Under the pieces are notes generated by a model. The model searched no databases. It saw only the letters and a list, made by a program, of their open reading frames with translations, and had not been told where the DNA came from. A DNA stretch of 63,995 nucleotides, filler included, from Sanchytrium tribonematis (taxonomy: Eukaryota): NCBI GenBank assembly GCA_018985235.1. It is 8 parts of 8 records of this genome, joined end to end, with 100 filler letters (N's around TTAATTAATTAA, not from the genome) between each part and the next. Parts side by side here need not be neighbours in the genome. Positions count along the whole stretch, not along the records: positions 16,405 to 24,494 come from JADGIG010000398.1; positions 24,595 to 32,684 come from JADGIG010000399.1; 6 more parts are not named here. One strand, written 5' to 3'. Both the position numbers and the translations under genes were made by a program. Shown piece after piece: positions 20,476 to 30,757 of the stretch. How positions within the stretch are numbered: the stretch's first letter is position 1; each line of letters opens with the position of its first letter.

Positions 20476-20562
20476 ATGATTTTGAATTTGAAAATTTGAG
20501 AATTCTTTGAAACTCTTGGTAAAACAAATTAATTACCAAGTGAAAATAATTTATTCTCGTAG

Positions 20563-20594
20563 ACCAATGGAATCTAGTTGGTATCTATTTAAGC
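20563..20594 (+). promoter_or_regulatory. CCAAT box plus TATTTAAGC TATA-like box, shared by the C-x24-C genes
   Basis: ACCAAT...TATTTAA(G/A)C also near 17368-17435, 19803-19835 and 20246-20278. Confidence 0.6.
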
Positions 20595-20614
20595 GAGTCT
20601 ATCCCAAACTGTGA

Positions 20615-20791
20615 ATGTTGACATTTTTTACCATATTTTACGCACAAAATGCTGAAGATTATTGCCGAAGTGCAGCATATGCTTCAATTGGTGCTGGTAT
20701 TAATATTCAGAGTGAATTTGATGGTCTGATGGCAAATTGCATGGCTGCTCAACAAAATGTACCCAGTCATTCCAAAAATTCTAAAAAATAA
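20615..20791 (+). CDS. Small secreted C-x24-C peptide, divergent member 4 (58 aa, not in the ORF track)
   Basis: MLTFFTIFYAQNAEDYCRSAAYASIGAGINIQSEFDGLMANCMAAQQNVPSHSKNSKK; same Cys spacing and same upstream motif. Confidence 0.65.
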   Translation: MLTFFTIFYAQNAEDYCRSAAYASIGAGINIQSEFDGLMANCMAAQQNVPSHSKNSKK

Positions 20792-20939
20792 ATTATTTTT
20801 TTACCAATTTATAATCACAATGATGAGAACATGATAAAGATCTATATTCTAAAGCAGTCTCATTAAATATTCCGGTGACGTCATATACGTCAAATACGTC
20901 CATGAGACTTGATCAAGTCCAAACACCCCCCTCAAACAA

Positions 20940-21569
20940 ATGGATCCACGAAAGAAATTAGAAAGAGGAGCCACTCTTATCCATCTAACCATCCGTAATT
21001 CCACCCAGCAACTCATCAAACATTTGAAAGAGTTGGGAAACACCCCAGATGTCGTCAAATACGCCAATTTCTGGCTTGGAAATCTCCATAATCATCACCA
21101 TCATGAAGATGAAATCATCTTTCCAGTTTTGGGTGAATATGCCGCATTCCAGACTGACACCAACCAATTCAAATCTGACCACGTCGTATTGGTCAAATTA
21201 TTGGATAAAGTGAAATTGGACATTGAGAAATCCGAAATCAAAGTGGATGATATTATCAAGATTCAAGAAATCTTAATTCCTCATTTGGATAAAGAAGAAC
21301 AATGTTGGAAATCTGAAAATGAGAGCATGAAACAAGTTCCAACGGAAGTAGCTCAAAAATTGGTAAATGATATTAAATCTGCTGCTAAGAAATCCTCTAG
21401 TCCGTTTGAGGGATTAATGTTTTTATTGTATCATTTGAATAAAGAACAAAAGCAGGAATTCATTTATGATGACGGTGGATTCATTTTGAAAAGCATTTTG
21501 GTGCCATTTGTATTTAGTCGACGAAATGGACCATTTTTAGCAAAGTATGCCACCTATGACTCATATTAA
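20940..21569 (+). CDS. Hemerythrin HHE cation-binding domain protein
   Basis: H..IR, HHHHED.IIFP, DH..L, HL.KEE motifs. Confidence 0.82.
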   Translation: MDPRKKLERGATLIHLTIRNSTQQLIKHLKELGNTPDVVKYANFWLGNLHNHHHHEDEIIFPVLGEYAAFQTDTNQFKSDHVVLVKLLDKVKLDIEKSEIKVDDIIKIQEILIPHLDKEEQCWKSENESMKQVPTEVAQKLVNDIKSAAKKSSSPFEGLMFLLYHLNKEQKQEFIYDDGGFILKSILVPFVFSRRNGPFLAKYATYDSY

Positions 21570-21588
21570 ATAAAGATATTGAATGTAT

Positions 21589-22302
21589 TTATTGCGCTAA
21601 AGTGAGATGTGGTGGGGTTACAGGTGGATTTGGGTCACTGTCATCTATCTTCTTTTGAGTCGTTGATTCCTCTTTTTCCTCTTTTTCCTCTTTTTCCTCT
21701 TTATTGGTTTCCTTGCTCTCTTCCTCTGGACTTCCTTCTTTTGGTTCTTCTTCTATAGTGTCTTTCTCTTTTTTCTCTTTTTTCTCTTCCTTGCCATCTT
21801 CTTCATCTGTTTGTCCTTCATCGATAATAAATGTGTTTTGAATTTGATCAGATCCACATTCTACCATTTTAGCCTGACAAGTTACGGCCAATTTCACATG
21901 ACATGTACCATGCATCCCTTTAGTTGGCAAAGAAGTCTCATAATCCCATCTTTTTCGGCCAATTCGAAGTGCAAATTGGTAATTAAACATGGCTTTCAAG
22001 GGTTGTTTCTCAAACGAGTGTGTGAAATTGCTAGATGGACAATCTACAGTGATTTGACCTTGAGAAATAGTACTCCAGGATACTTTATGTGATGATATTT
22101 TGATGACAAGGTCGGAATTGGGTTTAATTTTCTCATTTTGGGATGGAGACGTAATTGCAAATCTAAAACCCATTGGTGAAGAACTAGCGAGATTATGACC
22201 CACTTGGCCAATAATAGCAGCATTGGCACCTCCATTTAAGATACTTCCAAATGTGGATAATGCACTGCTACTTGGTAATGCGTAGATTGCAGAAATAAAC
22301 AT
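21589..22302 (-). CDS. Putative secreted protein with Glu/Lys-rich tail, 237 aa
   Basis: Short signal MFISAIYA/LP, 4 Cys, acidic low-complexity C-terminus. Confidence 0.65.
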   Translation of the reverse strand: MFISAIYALPSSSALSTFGSILNGGANAAIIGQVGHNLASSSPMGFRFAITSPSQNEKIKPNSDLVIKISSHKVSWSTISQGQITVDCPSSNFTHSFEKQPLKAMFNYQFALRIGRKRWDYETSLPTKGMHGTCHVKLAVTCQAKMVECGSDQIQNTFIIDEGQTDEEDGKEEKKEKKEKDTIEEEPKEGSPEEESKETNKEEKEEKEEKEESTTQKKIDDSDPNPPVTPPHLTLAQ

Positions 22303-22501
22303 GGTGAAGAGCGCGCTATGGGTTTAAATAGATGACGATGTGGTACAGGGTAGTCACAAATCCAATCAAGACAGGATACAACGTGGTACATGATTTCTTT
22401 TTCCAATCAATGTAGATCACAATGATTTTGTGCAAATTTGTGCAAAGAGATTCGACGATTTCAAATGCCCTCTCCTTGCAACGCATCCATCAATACGCCA
22501 A

Positions 22502-24494
22502 ATGGATCCATTTATGATTGCGGGTATTGTCAAAGCAATTGGGCATGTCGTCTATTTAATATTTGAAGCTAAATCTATGAATAACGAGAGAATTGCCAAT
22601 AATACATTTGCCACTAATTTCCATAGATCATTGACGGCATTAAATGCGATCCTATTAAAGATCTCTAATGAGGAAATGTCATTGAATACGCGTACTATTT
22701 TAGATTTGAAATTGAAAATTGAAGAAATTGAACAGTATATCATGGAAGAATACAGGAATAAAACCGAATTTATGAAGTTGTTGAGTACTGGTAAATATGA
22801 TAAAGAATTTACTCGATATTCTAGTGAAATCAACCAGTTATTGGGTGAATTAAATGTTTGCAACACGCTTGAATTATTGCAAAAGAATCAAATCATGGAT
22901 TCTAAGATGAATAATATGCAGGAGATGCTTATATTAATCTGTAAACAACTCAATGTGAAAGATTTAGTGAATTTAAAAGAATTGGAATCCAATTATTCCA
23001 ATTTATTGCAACAATCTACTTCTACGCCATTTGAGACAGATTACATCAGAGATATTGATTATGGCAAGGATTTACAACGATTGGGTCATGGTGCACAAGG
23101 TACAGTTTATTTGGGTACGTGGAAGGGGCTTAAAATAGCCATTAAGCAAATTCATCATTTTCCATTTTTAGATCCTCAAACAGATCAAATTAAATCTAAT
23201 AAAACTGTATTTGATGCAAATACACGTAGAGAAATCAATGCATTGAACAAATTGTCAAAATCATCCGATATCGTCAAATATTTTGGATGTACGTCTATTC
23301 ACAATCATTTGGCCATCGTGATGGAATATATTGAAAATCATTCATTAAGTACATGGCTGTATCATCCAGAATCCATTGGCGAGTCAGAATTACCTCGTAA
23401 GCACGTTTCTAAAATCCAATTGGGGATTTCAAGGGGTTTAAATTTCATGGCAATTCAAAAAATTTGTCATAAAGATGTGAAATCAGGGAATATTATGTTG
23501 GATGTGTTTTTTAATCCCAAAATTATTGATTTTGGAGTCGTTGATTTGGTATCTACTCACTCCATGTCTGTCAATCCCTCAAATCAAGGAACAACTGCTT
23601 GGAAGGCCCCTGAAAATTTAGAATTTAATGAGGCTACATTGAAATTAACAAGTGAATGGCGATTAGCTGGTGATATGTACTCATTTTGTGTCGTATTAGG
23701 TGAAATCCACACTCGTAGAATGCCATGGAGAGGCAGAACTGGTGATGAAATCACCAAATTCGTATTAAATGGCCTCAGACCCTATTCAAAAGAAGATTTG
23801 CCATATCAAATCTACAAATTAATGAAATTAGGATGGGAACAAAAACCACAAGAGCGTATTTTAATGAGTGAAATGGAATCCAGATTATTGGATTATTTTA
23901 ATAAATATGGAGAGAATGGGGTAGAAACACCCGTTAGTAAGCCAAAAACATGGAATAAGGTGGTCAATCAAATTAAAAGATCCACCAGTGTGTTTTCTGT
24001 AGAATCTTTGCCATCTTACAAATCTAGATTATCTAAAACATCTTCAATGATGACTTTACCAAGCTATAAAGCAAACAAATCACCAGCTATCAGTAGATCC
24101 AATTCAGAAGTGCGTCCATTCATGACTAAATTAAAAACATTGCCCCCGTTTAACAAATCAGATTTGCCAAATAATCCATCTCGTATTATCAAAGCAGCAG
24201 AAACAGATTGTTTATTCAAGCATCTATACGATGCAATCATTATGAAGAAACCCAAAGAATTCGAATTCAATTTGATTAAATTATCAAACACCTTTGAATA
24301 TCACATCATTTTCAAATTTTTTCATTCTGAGGAATTAAAAACCCATAAAATTAGATTATCAGAAATGAATTTCAAATTTAGAAGTGATGAGAATCATTTA
24401 ATGTTGGGAATGTACTTGTATTATGGCATTACAGGCCAACAAAGTTATGCAAAAGCATTGAATTCATTTGAACAATCCACACATCCAAATGCCA
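22502..24494 (+). CDS. TKL-type protein kinase with N-terminal helical (MLKL/HeLo-like) domain and C-terminal Sel1-like repeat, 3'-partial
   Basis: GHGAQGTVY, AIK, HKDVKSGN, DFG, WKAPE; LGMYLYYGITGQQSYAKALNSFEQS (Sel1-like). Confidence 0.8.
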
Positions 24495-24594
24495 NNNNNN
24501 NNNNNNNNNNNNNNNNNNNNNNNNNNNNNNNNNNNNNNTTAATTAATTAANNNNNNNNNNNNNNNNNNNNNNNNNNNNNNNNNNNNNNNNNNNN

Positions 24595-26846
24595 TCATTT
24601 TTGCAAATTTTTCGTATCTCATTTTCATGGTTTGTGATCCAATTGTCCAAAGATTTAAATTGTGTATGTGAAGATGAATTGACATAATGTGATCTATTCT
24701 GGACTACAATATTGTGATCAATAATGCGAATTCCTAAATTGGCACCATCAATCTTCTCTTCAATAGATAAAACAAATTCCTTGGATGGATCCAGAAATGC
24801 AGCTTGATCGGATTTACCAAGTACTAAATCATCTCTTGTCGCTGAACCAAAATTTAATAAATGTGAGGTTCTCGGAAATTTTTTAAATTCTTCTGGAAAT
24901 GACACACCTAGTTTTTGCAAGAGTTGCTTCGAACCTTCAAAAGTTGAGACTGTGCAAATTGCAGAAAAGCCTTCAGAAATAGTGGGTGGCTCAAAAGTCT
25001 CATTGAATTGTTTTAGTGCATTTTCAGGATTCACCAAAGTTGGATGGTTGAGCCTTCTATTGGCTCTATAGCCACAAATCTCCAAACTTGCGTCAAAATA
25101 CACACAAATTGTATTTTGTGGTGTGAAGAGAAGTTCCAAGATTTCTTTTCTATCATTTTTTGTTACATTGCATCTATCTAGAACTTTGTACTTTTGTTTG
25201 TTTAAAGATGCCAAAAAACATTGCCTTCCAATTTCGTCTTGACATGCTATATTGTAATTACTCAACTGTTTTGAAAACCATGACTTTCCAGAACCCGGCA
25301 AACCGCAACATATTATATAGTTTGGTTTTTTGGGTAGGTTTCCAGAGATTAGTAAGTCGGGACCATGATATTGAGGCTCTACTTTAAATCTTCTTTTATA
25401 AATGTAAGAACTGTATTTCTTAATGCATAATTCCTGCTCGACGGTCTCTATAGAATTTGGTCTTAGCCTTCTTATGGTTTGAATAGCATCCTCTGGCGAT
25501 AATTTGGGCAACTGATTTGTGCAGCAATAGTTTTGACAATGCCATAAAATATCTAAAGGAGTTTCAGCGCAATTAATGCATAAGTTAGGTATTTCAAACC
25601 CAAAACGAAGAATATAACAAGCTAAAATTGTTCCAGCTCTACCGATACCCCCACCACAATGAACTAAAGTGGCGGCAATCCTTTGTTCGTTTATGGAATA
25701 TGCACTTTTGAGGATGTGTTGTAGACAATAGTCAATTTGATTAAATTTCGGAGCTTTATAATTATTAACTGGGACAAATATATTGTGTATCTCACTGTCA
25801 AACCACGATAAATCTAACGGGGTCTCTTGCGTTAGTGTAATGACTTTCGAAATATCTAGTAATTTCAATGCAGCAATATCTGCCTTGTTTCTGGGAGTCG
25901 ACATGCCAGCTAATACACCAGGTACAACCCAGGAAAATTTTCGAGGCATTTTATGGTTTTCTACAAAGAAACGAGTTTTAAGTTCGATCGCCATAGGTTT
26001 TGATTGTATTCCGAGCAATAGTTCGCATACATTACTTATATCACTCATTTTAGTTAGCTTATGCATGTCTTTATAAGCCTGATGTTCAATTAGGTGATTT
26101 TCCTGAATCAAATTTAGCCAAATATTATCTGAATGATGTAATTTTTTCATAATATAGTCTGGGTCAGCACCATAATTCCAAGCATGTAGGTAAAACAGCC
26201 TAGAATTACATTCTTGACCCAATCTTCTCATAACATCACCAAGTCGCAAGTAAGCTAATTTCTGGTTCAAGGGTAACAATTCTATACATTCAGAAAGAGA
26301 TTTATGTAGTTCGTTATTGTTTAAATGAATAAACGATGACAAATTCAAGCATTTGTACTGTTTTTCAGGCGGCGAAACTAGTCTTAGAATTTCAATAAAA
26401 TGAAATATTCCTTCTTCTTGCGATAATAATTTAGCTGCATCTAGTCTAGACTCAAAAGTAGGGTCTGATATAATTGTGCCATAATTCGGCCTAATGAGAT
26501 GTTTCAACTTTCTTTTATCATGGTTCATTGTACTGTTTAAAGAAATATGAAAGTCTTTCTTTGGAAGTCCCATCTCCTTCCGATAGCGATCAGCATCCTT
26601 CCAGTGTAATAACTTAAAGTAGCTCCCATCAATTTTACCAAGACCTAAATCAACAACATCAAACACAAGATCAGGAATAGTGACTTTTTCCTTAAATAAT
26701 CTTAATTCGTCTTTCGTTATAATGGTTACATGTAAGTTTTCTTGAAATTCAAAAGTTTCATCATAGTTGTCTAGTCCAATTGTGATAAGTGGATCGTCTC
26801 GCACAAGAAATGCGCCTAAAAACCCACGCTGAAATGCCAGTTTCAT
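24595..26846 (-). CDS. Multidomain RNA end-healing/sealing protein: 2H phosphoesterase, TPR-like region, Cys-based phosphatase, polynucleotide kinase, RNA ligase; 3'-partial
   Basis: LHVTI and FHISL (2H), VHCGGGIGRAGT (CX5R), CGLPGSGKS (P-loop), KFPRTSHL and EEKIDGANLGI (ligase motif I). Confidence 0.85.
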
Positions 26847-26980
26847 GTTTGAGGTTGAATTTAAAATTGATATTTAAATTCGCGCCTCATAAATGGTTAC
26901 ATCTAAATTGATGCAAAAGCGCATTTAAATTTAATGGGGAAATCTAAATTATTTGAAATTGTGAAGGTTCAATTTATCAC

Positions 26981-29203
26981 ATGATGCGTTCTCTGCTCCA
27001 AGATTATTTAAAGAAACGAAAGCGGACACTGGATGAAAATCTTGTATTAAAATTTATGGATGAATACAGCCCTGCCGACGTAGAACTTTTATTGCAAGTT
27101 TTTAAAAAGTACAAAGTCTCAACTATTATTTTTCAAAGATGTATCGAAATTCTAAAAGAGCTTCTTGATAAAGATTATAAATACTTAAATTCAAATTTAG
27201 TAGACTTATCAATTCTAATAGCTGTAATCAGTCGATACATCGAAGAATCACAACACAGCCTGATTCCAAAGTTATCGCTGTTAAATTACTTGATGATTTG
27301 TACAGAGCAACATATATTGAGTATAGATATTCTAAATGGTATGCTCGCATGTACTCATTTGCTATCTTTGGGGACTCTAGACGAAATTATAAATTATAAG
27401 GATTTATTTTCAGATTGCATAAACAATATAAGGAAGGAACAAATCGATAAAGTCCGATCTAGAATTATATTTAATATAATCAAACTGGCTAATCGCTGGA
27501 AAAACTCCATTCATTTTGAGCAGTTTCTCACTGCAATGAATCAAATTGATATTTTCGAATTAAAAGGAATAGACCATGAAAAATTTATAGAGCTTGTTTT
27601 AAAAATATATAAACTTGCACATCATCACGTAGATACCTGCGTTATTAAAGTCCTTTGTTTCACACTGACCAATTCAAATGCATTACAAGATGTCCTCGAA
27701 GTCGTAAAACACCGCCGTATCTCCAAACAAAAATCAAACGAATTGGCCAATGCTTTATTTAAATACAAAATGATCGAATTTTATAAAAACTTTTCAGTTG
27801 ACTCACATTTGGCAGAATTCCGATTGTTGCTTATTGTTTTTGCTAACTTGACTCATTCAATAGTTGGGTGCAGTTTGATTTTTAATTTTACTGGAAAGCT
27901 TTTAAAGGATATTGACGAGTTTGTTAGGCACGATGTTGGCAAATCCGCTGACATTATTTTAGCAACTACATCGATATTCAAACGATTGATTGGCTATAGT
28001 CGTCATAGACTTCCAATTCCTGAGCTTTATAAAATTATTGAGTATAGTCACCAGGTTTTAAATTCGGGCTATCTTTATATCAATAATGAAAGCCAAGCTA
28101 GTTGCAAGGAAGATAAGGTAATGAAACACACCATTTTTAATGTAATTGATGTGTTTAAAAGTATTAAAAATGCCAACATTGACTTGAATTATTGCCCTTC
28201 AATCAAACTATTTCCACTCGCAATACAGTTACTGCGTAAGAGCAATATACCACAGCCACGAAGAGATTTTTTTGCAAAAAGAATGTTTGACATTGTGTCC
28301 ATTTACTGCACAACCTCAAACACTGTCAAAGACTTTTTCTCTGTATCTGAAAATGTTGAGCAACTGTTTAACTATTATTACATAAGCACAAATTCCATGA
28401 GGAAAAAAATCAAAACGCTTTTAGCAAGATTGATTCTAATAATAACTAGAACTGGAATAGAAGCTTTCAAGAATTCATTCTTCTTTTACAACTTGGCCAA
28501 GGCTGAATGTCAAAATTGTATATTGGTTTCTGATTCACTTTACAATTTTTTGAAAACTGAGGTGTTTCTAATTAGCAATGAGGTTCCACCAGATTGCCCA
28601 ATTTTTAAAAATGCTGAAAGTGCTATTACATATTCTTTGATACATCCCGCCTTTAATCCCAAAAGAGAATACCTACTAGAATGCTTGGAGAATGTTCTCG
28701 AGAAAAATGAAAAATCAAATATATTGTTTTATTTTCAAGTACACTGCAAGTATAGTAACAAAAGTTTAGATGACTTAGACAATTTCATTGATATTTCAAT
28801 GGTAAATCAGCTTCAAAATGATTTTTTTGAAAATGCTGAGAATATTGCCATTGAGCTTGAGTTTATAGATAATTTAGATTTGTCCAGTCTTTTGGATCTT
28901 GCTATGTACTGCGATATGTATGCAGTACCTGATGGCATCACTGTGTGTCATTATATTGTTGCTCAAATCAATAGCTCGAATATTTTATATGCATTGATGT
29001 GTCTGTCGGATTACAATCCATTGTTACTAGAGACAAATACTTGCTTTAGTTTTTTGCTAAACAGAATCTTAAAAATGGGTTTATATGAATTTCCAAAACT
29101 TATTGGTCAACCAAAGTGGGAAGAATTTTACAATGCAGTCCCGAAATCTACTCTAATGGCAATAATAATGAACTGTTTAAATTTGAGTCAAACAATCTCG
29201 TAA
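26981..29203 (+). CDS. Uncharacterised 740-aa alpha-helical (ARM-like) protein, possible BTB/BACK-like C-terminus
   Basis: Long ORF; Leu/Ile-rich helical pattern; LLDLAMYCDMYAV...INSSNI. Confidence 0.6.
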   Translation: MMRSLLQDYLKKRKRTLDENLVLKFMDEYSPADVELLLQVFKKYKVSTIIFQRCIEILKELLDKDYKYLNSNLVDLSILIAVISRYIEESQHSLIPKLSLLNYLMICTEQHILSIDILNGMLACTHLLSLGTLDEIINYKDLFSDCINNIRKEQIDKVRSRIIFNIIKLANRWKNSIHFEQFLTAMNQIDIFELKGIDHEKFIELVLKIYKLAHHHVDTCVIKVLCFTLTNSNALQDVLEVVKHRRISKQKSNELANALFKYKMIEFYKNFSVDSHLAEFRLLLIVFANLTHSIVGCSLIFNFTGKLLKDIDEFVRHDVGKSADIILATTSIFKRLIGYSRHRLPIPELYKIIEYSHQVLNSGYLYINNESQASCKEDKVMKHTIFNVIDVFKSIKNANIDLNYCPSIKLFPLAIQLLRKSNIPQPRRDFFAKRMFDIVSIYCTTSNTVKDFFSVSENVEQLFNYYYISTNSMRKKIKTLLARLILIITRTGIEAFKNSFFFYNLAKAECQNCILVSDSLYNFLKTEVFLISNEVPPDCPIFKNAESAITYSLIHPAFNPKREYLLECLENVLEKNEKSNILFYFQVHCKYSNKSLDDLDNFIDISMVNQLQNDFFENAENIAIELEFIDNLDLSSLLDLAMYCDMYAVPDGITVCHYIVAQINSSNILYALMCLSDYNPLLLETNTCFSFLLNRILKMGLYEFPKLIGQPKWEEFYNAVPKSTLMAIIMNCLNLSQTIS

Positions 29204-29219
29204 CCATAGAGTATACGTT

Positions 29220-30485
29220 TCAAAAGTGCCCTAGACTTCCTGAGAGTGCAAATGGCAAAGAATCTTCTAGTTGTGATAAAATCATCGAATGGTAATATGA
29301 TTGTACTGCGCTATCCTCTATTAAATCCGTTCTTGTACTGAGATTCTTAAAAATTGAAAGTTTTAGTAAACTATTAATCGGCTTTTCCAGTTTTTCAGCT
29401 GTTAATTGGTATATTTTTACGTTCTCGAGAATAATTTCCTTTCTGCGAAAATTGTGAGAATAATCGTCATCATCAGATAGCTCCAATGGTATCCCTTTCA
29501 GTTCAAGAGGTGGTAGTGTCAATACGCCTCTACTTCTTGTTAGGGCAAATCCACATTTCTTGGGAATAATTGGAATTTCTGTTTCGAAAGGCATGCGAAA
29601 TTCTTCATCAGAATGTTCTGAATAAGACTCAAAATCGCTTTGGTAATCCGAAGAGCTATCATTTTTATCACTTGGATTATCTTCTTGAGGTAAAAGAAGC
29701 GCGTCTTCGTATATATCCTTAACTTTATAGGCGTGTTCTACATCACGATAATTCCCATCATGAAAAGATTCTGATTCTACTAAGCGCTCTTTTACTAGCA
29801 TTTTTTTCTCGGTGCGTCTATCGTCATCTTTAGCTAAAGGTTTTTGGCTAGTTTCAGCAAAAAGCTCATTACAAATTTGAATGCAAGAAAAAGAGTTGGC
29901 AATTTGTTCTCTTGATGTTAGAACTTCAGTCTTGCATCCACAGTTTGTGTCAATATTCTTTTCAGCAAGCTTCTTTTTATTTATGGTCACAATAAAATCT
30001 ATCAATTGATTCTCTAGAACAGATGAACTAGTTTTCTTATCACTTGTGCTACTGCTGCAACTCTGCTGTTCAAGTTTTTCATTATATTCGTTTCCACTAT
30101 TAGAATCGTTTGCACATTTTGAAAATGAGATTTTAAAAGAATCTGTAAAGCTAACATGGTTCAACTGCAAAGCCTCTGGAACTAATATATCAGGCAAAAC
30201 AGTATTACTATAATTAAAATTTACCTCGTTTTGACCAATCTCATGATTAATAACAGAGTGAATTGAGTCAGTGCTTGAAAAGACCACTTCACTATTTTGA
30301 ATTACCAATATTTTTTCCAGAGGATAAATTACAAAGTTCTCTTCGTCTAAGCTTTCGAAAGTCAAAATCTTGCAAATTTTTTGAAAATCCAAATCCTCGC
30401 TTCTACTGATAGTCTGATACTTATTTCTCATTCGATACCTCTTTTCTCCAATATTTTTAATGTATTCCCAAGCCTGCAGCGTCAT
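29220..30485 (-). CDS. Uncharacterised acidic Ser-rich protein (about 421 aa)
   Basis: Long ORF convergent with the previous gene; start choice uncertain. Confidence 0.6.
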   Translation of the reverse strand: MTLQAWEYIKNIGEKRYRMRNKYQTISRSEDLDFQKICKILTFESLDEENFVIYPLEKILVIQNSEVVFSSTDSIHSVINHEIGQNEVNFNYSNTVLPDILVPEALQLNHVSFTDSFKISFSKCANDSNSGNEYNEKLEQQSCSSSTSDKKTSSSVLENQLIDFIVTINKKKLAEKNIDTNCGCKTEVLTSREQIANSFSCIQICNELFAETSQKPLAKDDDRRTEKKMLVKERLVESESFHDGNYRDVEHAYKVKDIYEDALLLPQEDNPSDKNDSSSDYQSDFESYSEHSDEEFRMPFETEIPIIPKKCGFALTRSRGVLTLPPLELKGIPLELSDDDDYSHNFRRKEIILENVKIYQLTAEKLEKPINSLLKLSIFKNLSTRTDLIEDSAVQSYYHSMILSQLEDSLPFALSGSLGHF

Positions 30486-30757
30486 TTTTATGAGAATTAC
30501 CAAGAAATAGCCAAAGTCCATAATGACCTAAATTATTTTTTGAAAAGAAATGCAAAATTCTTTTACTTACATCCAATCTCATGATCTCATAAGTCTTTCC
30601 AAATAAGAGGCGGCACTCAAATTTAGATACTATCATATGATTTATTCGAACCCCTCACCAAATTTGAACAGGACTTGCCCAAATTGCACCAATCAACGCG
30701 ATTTGTTTAAATTATTAAATCACAAGTTTGCAAAAATCATCACGGTGCATTTCAAAC

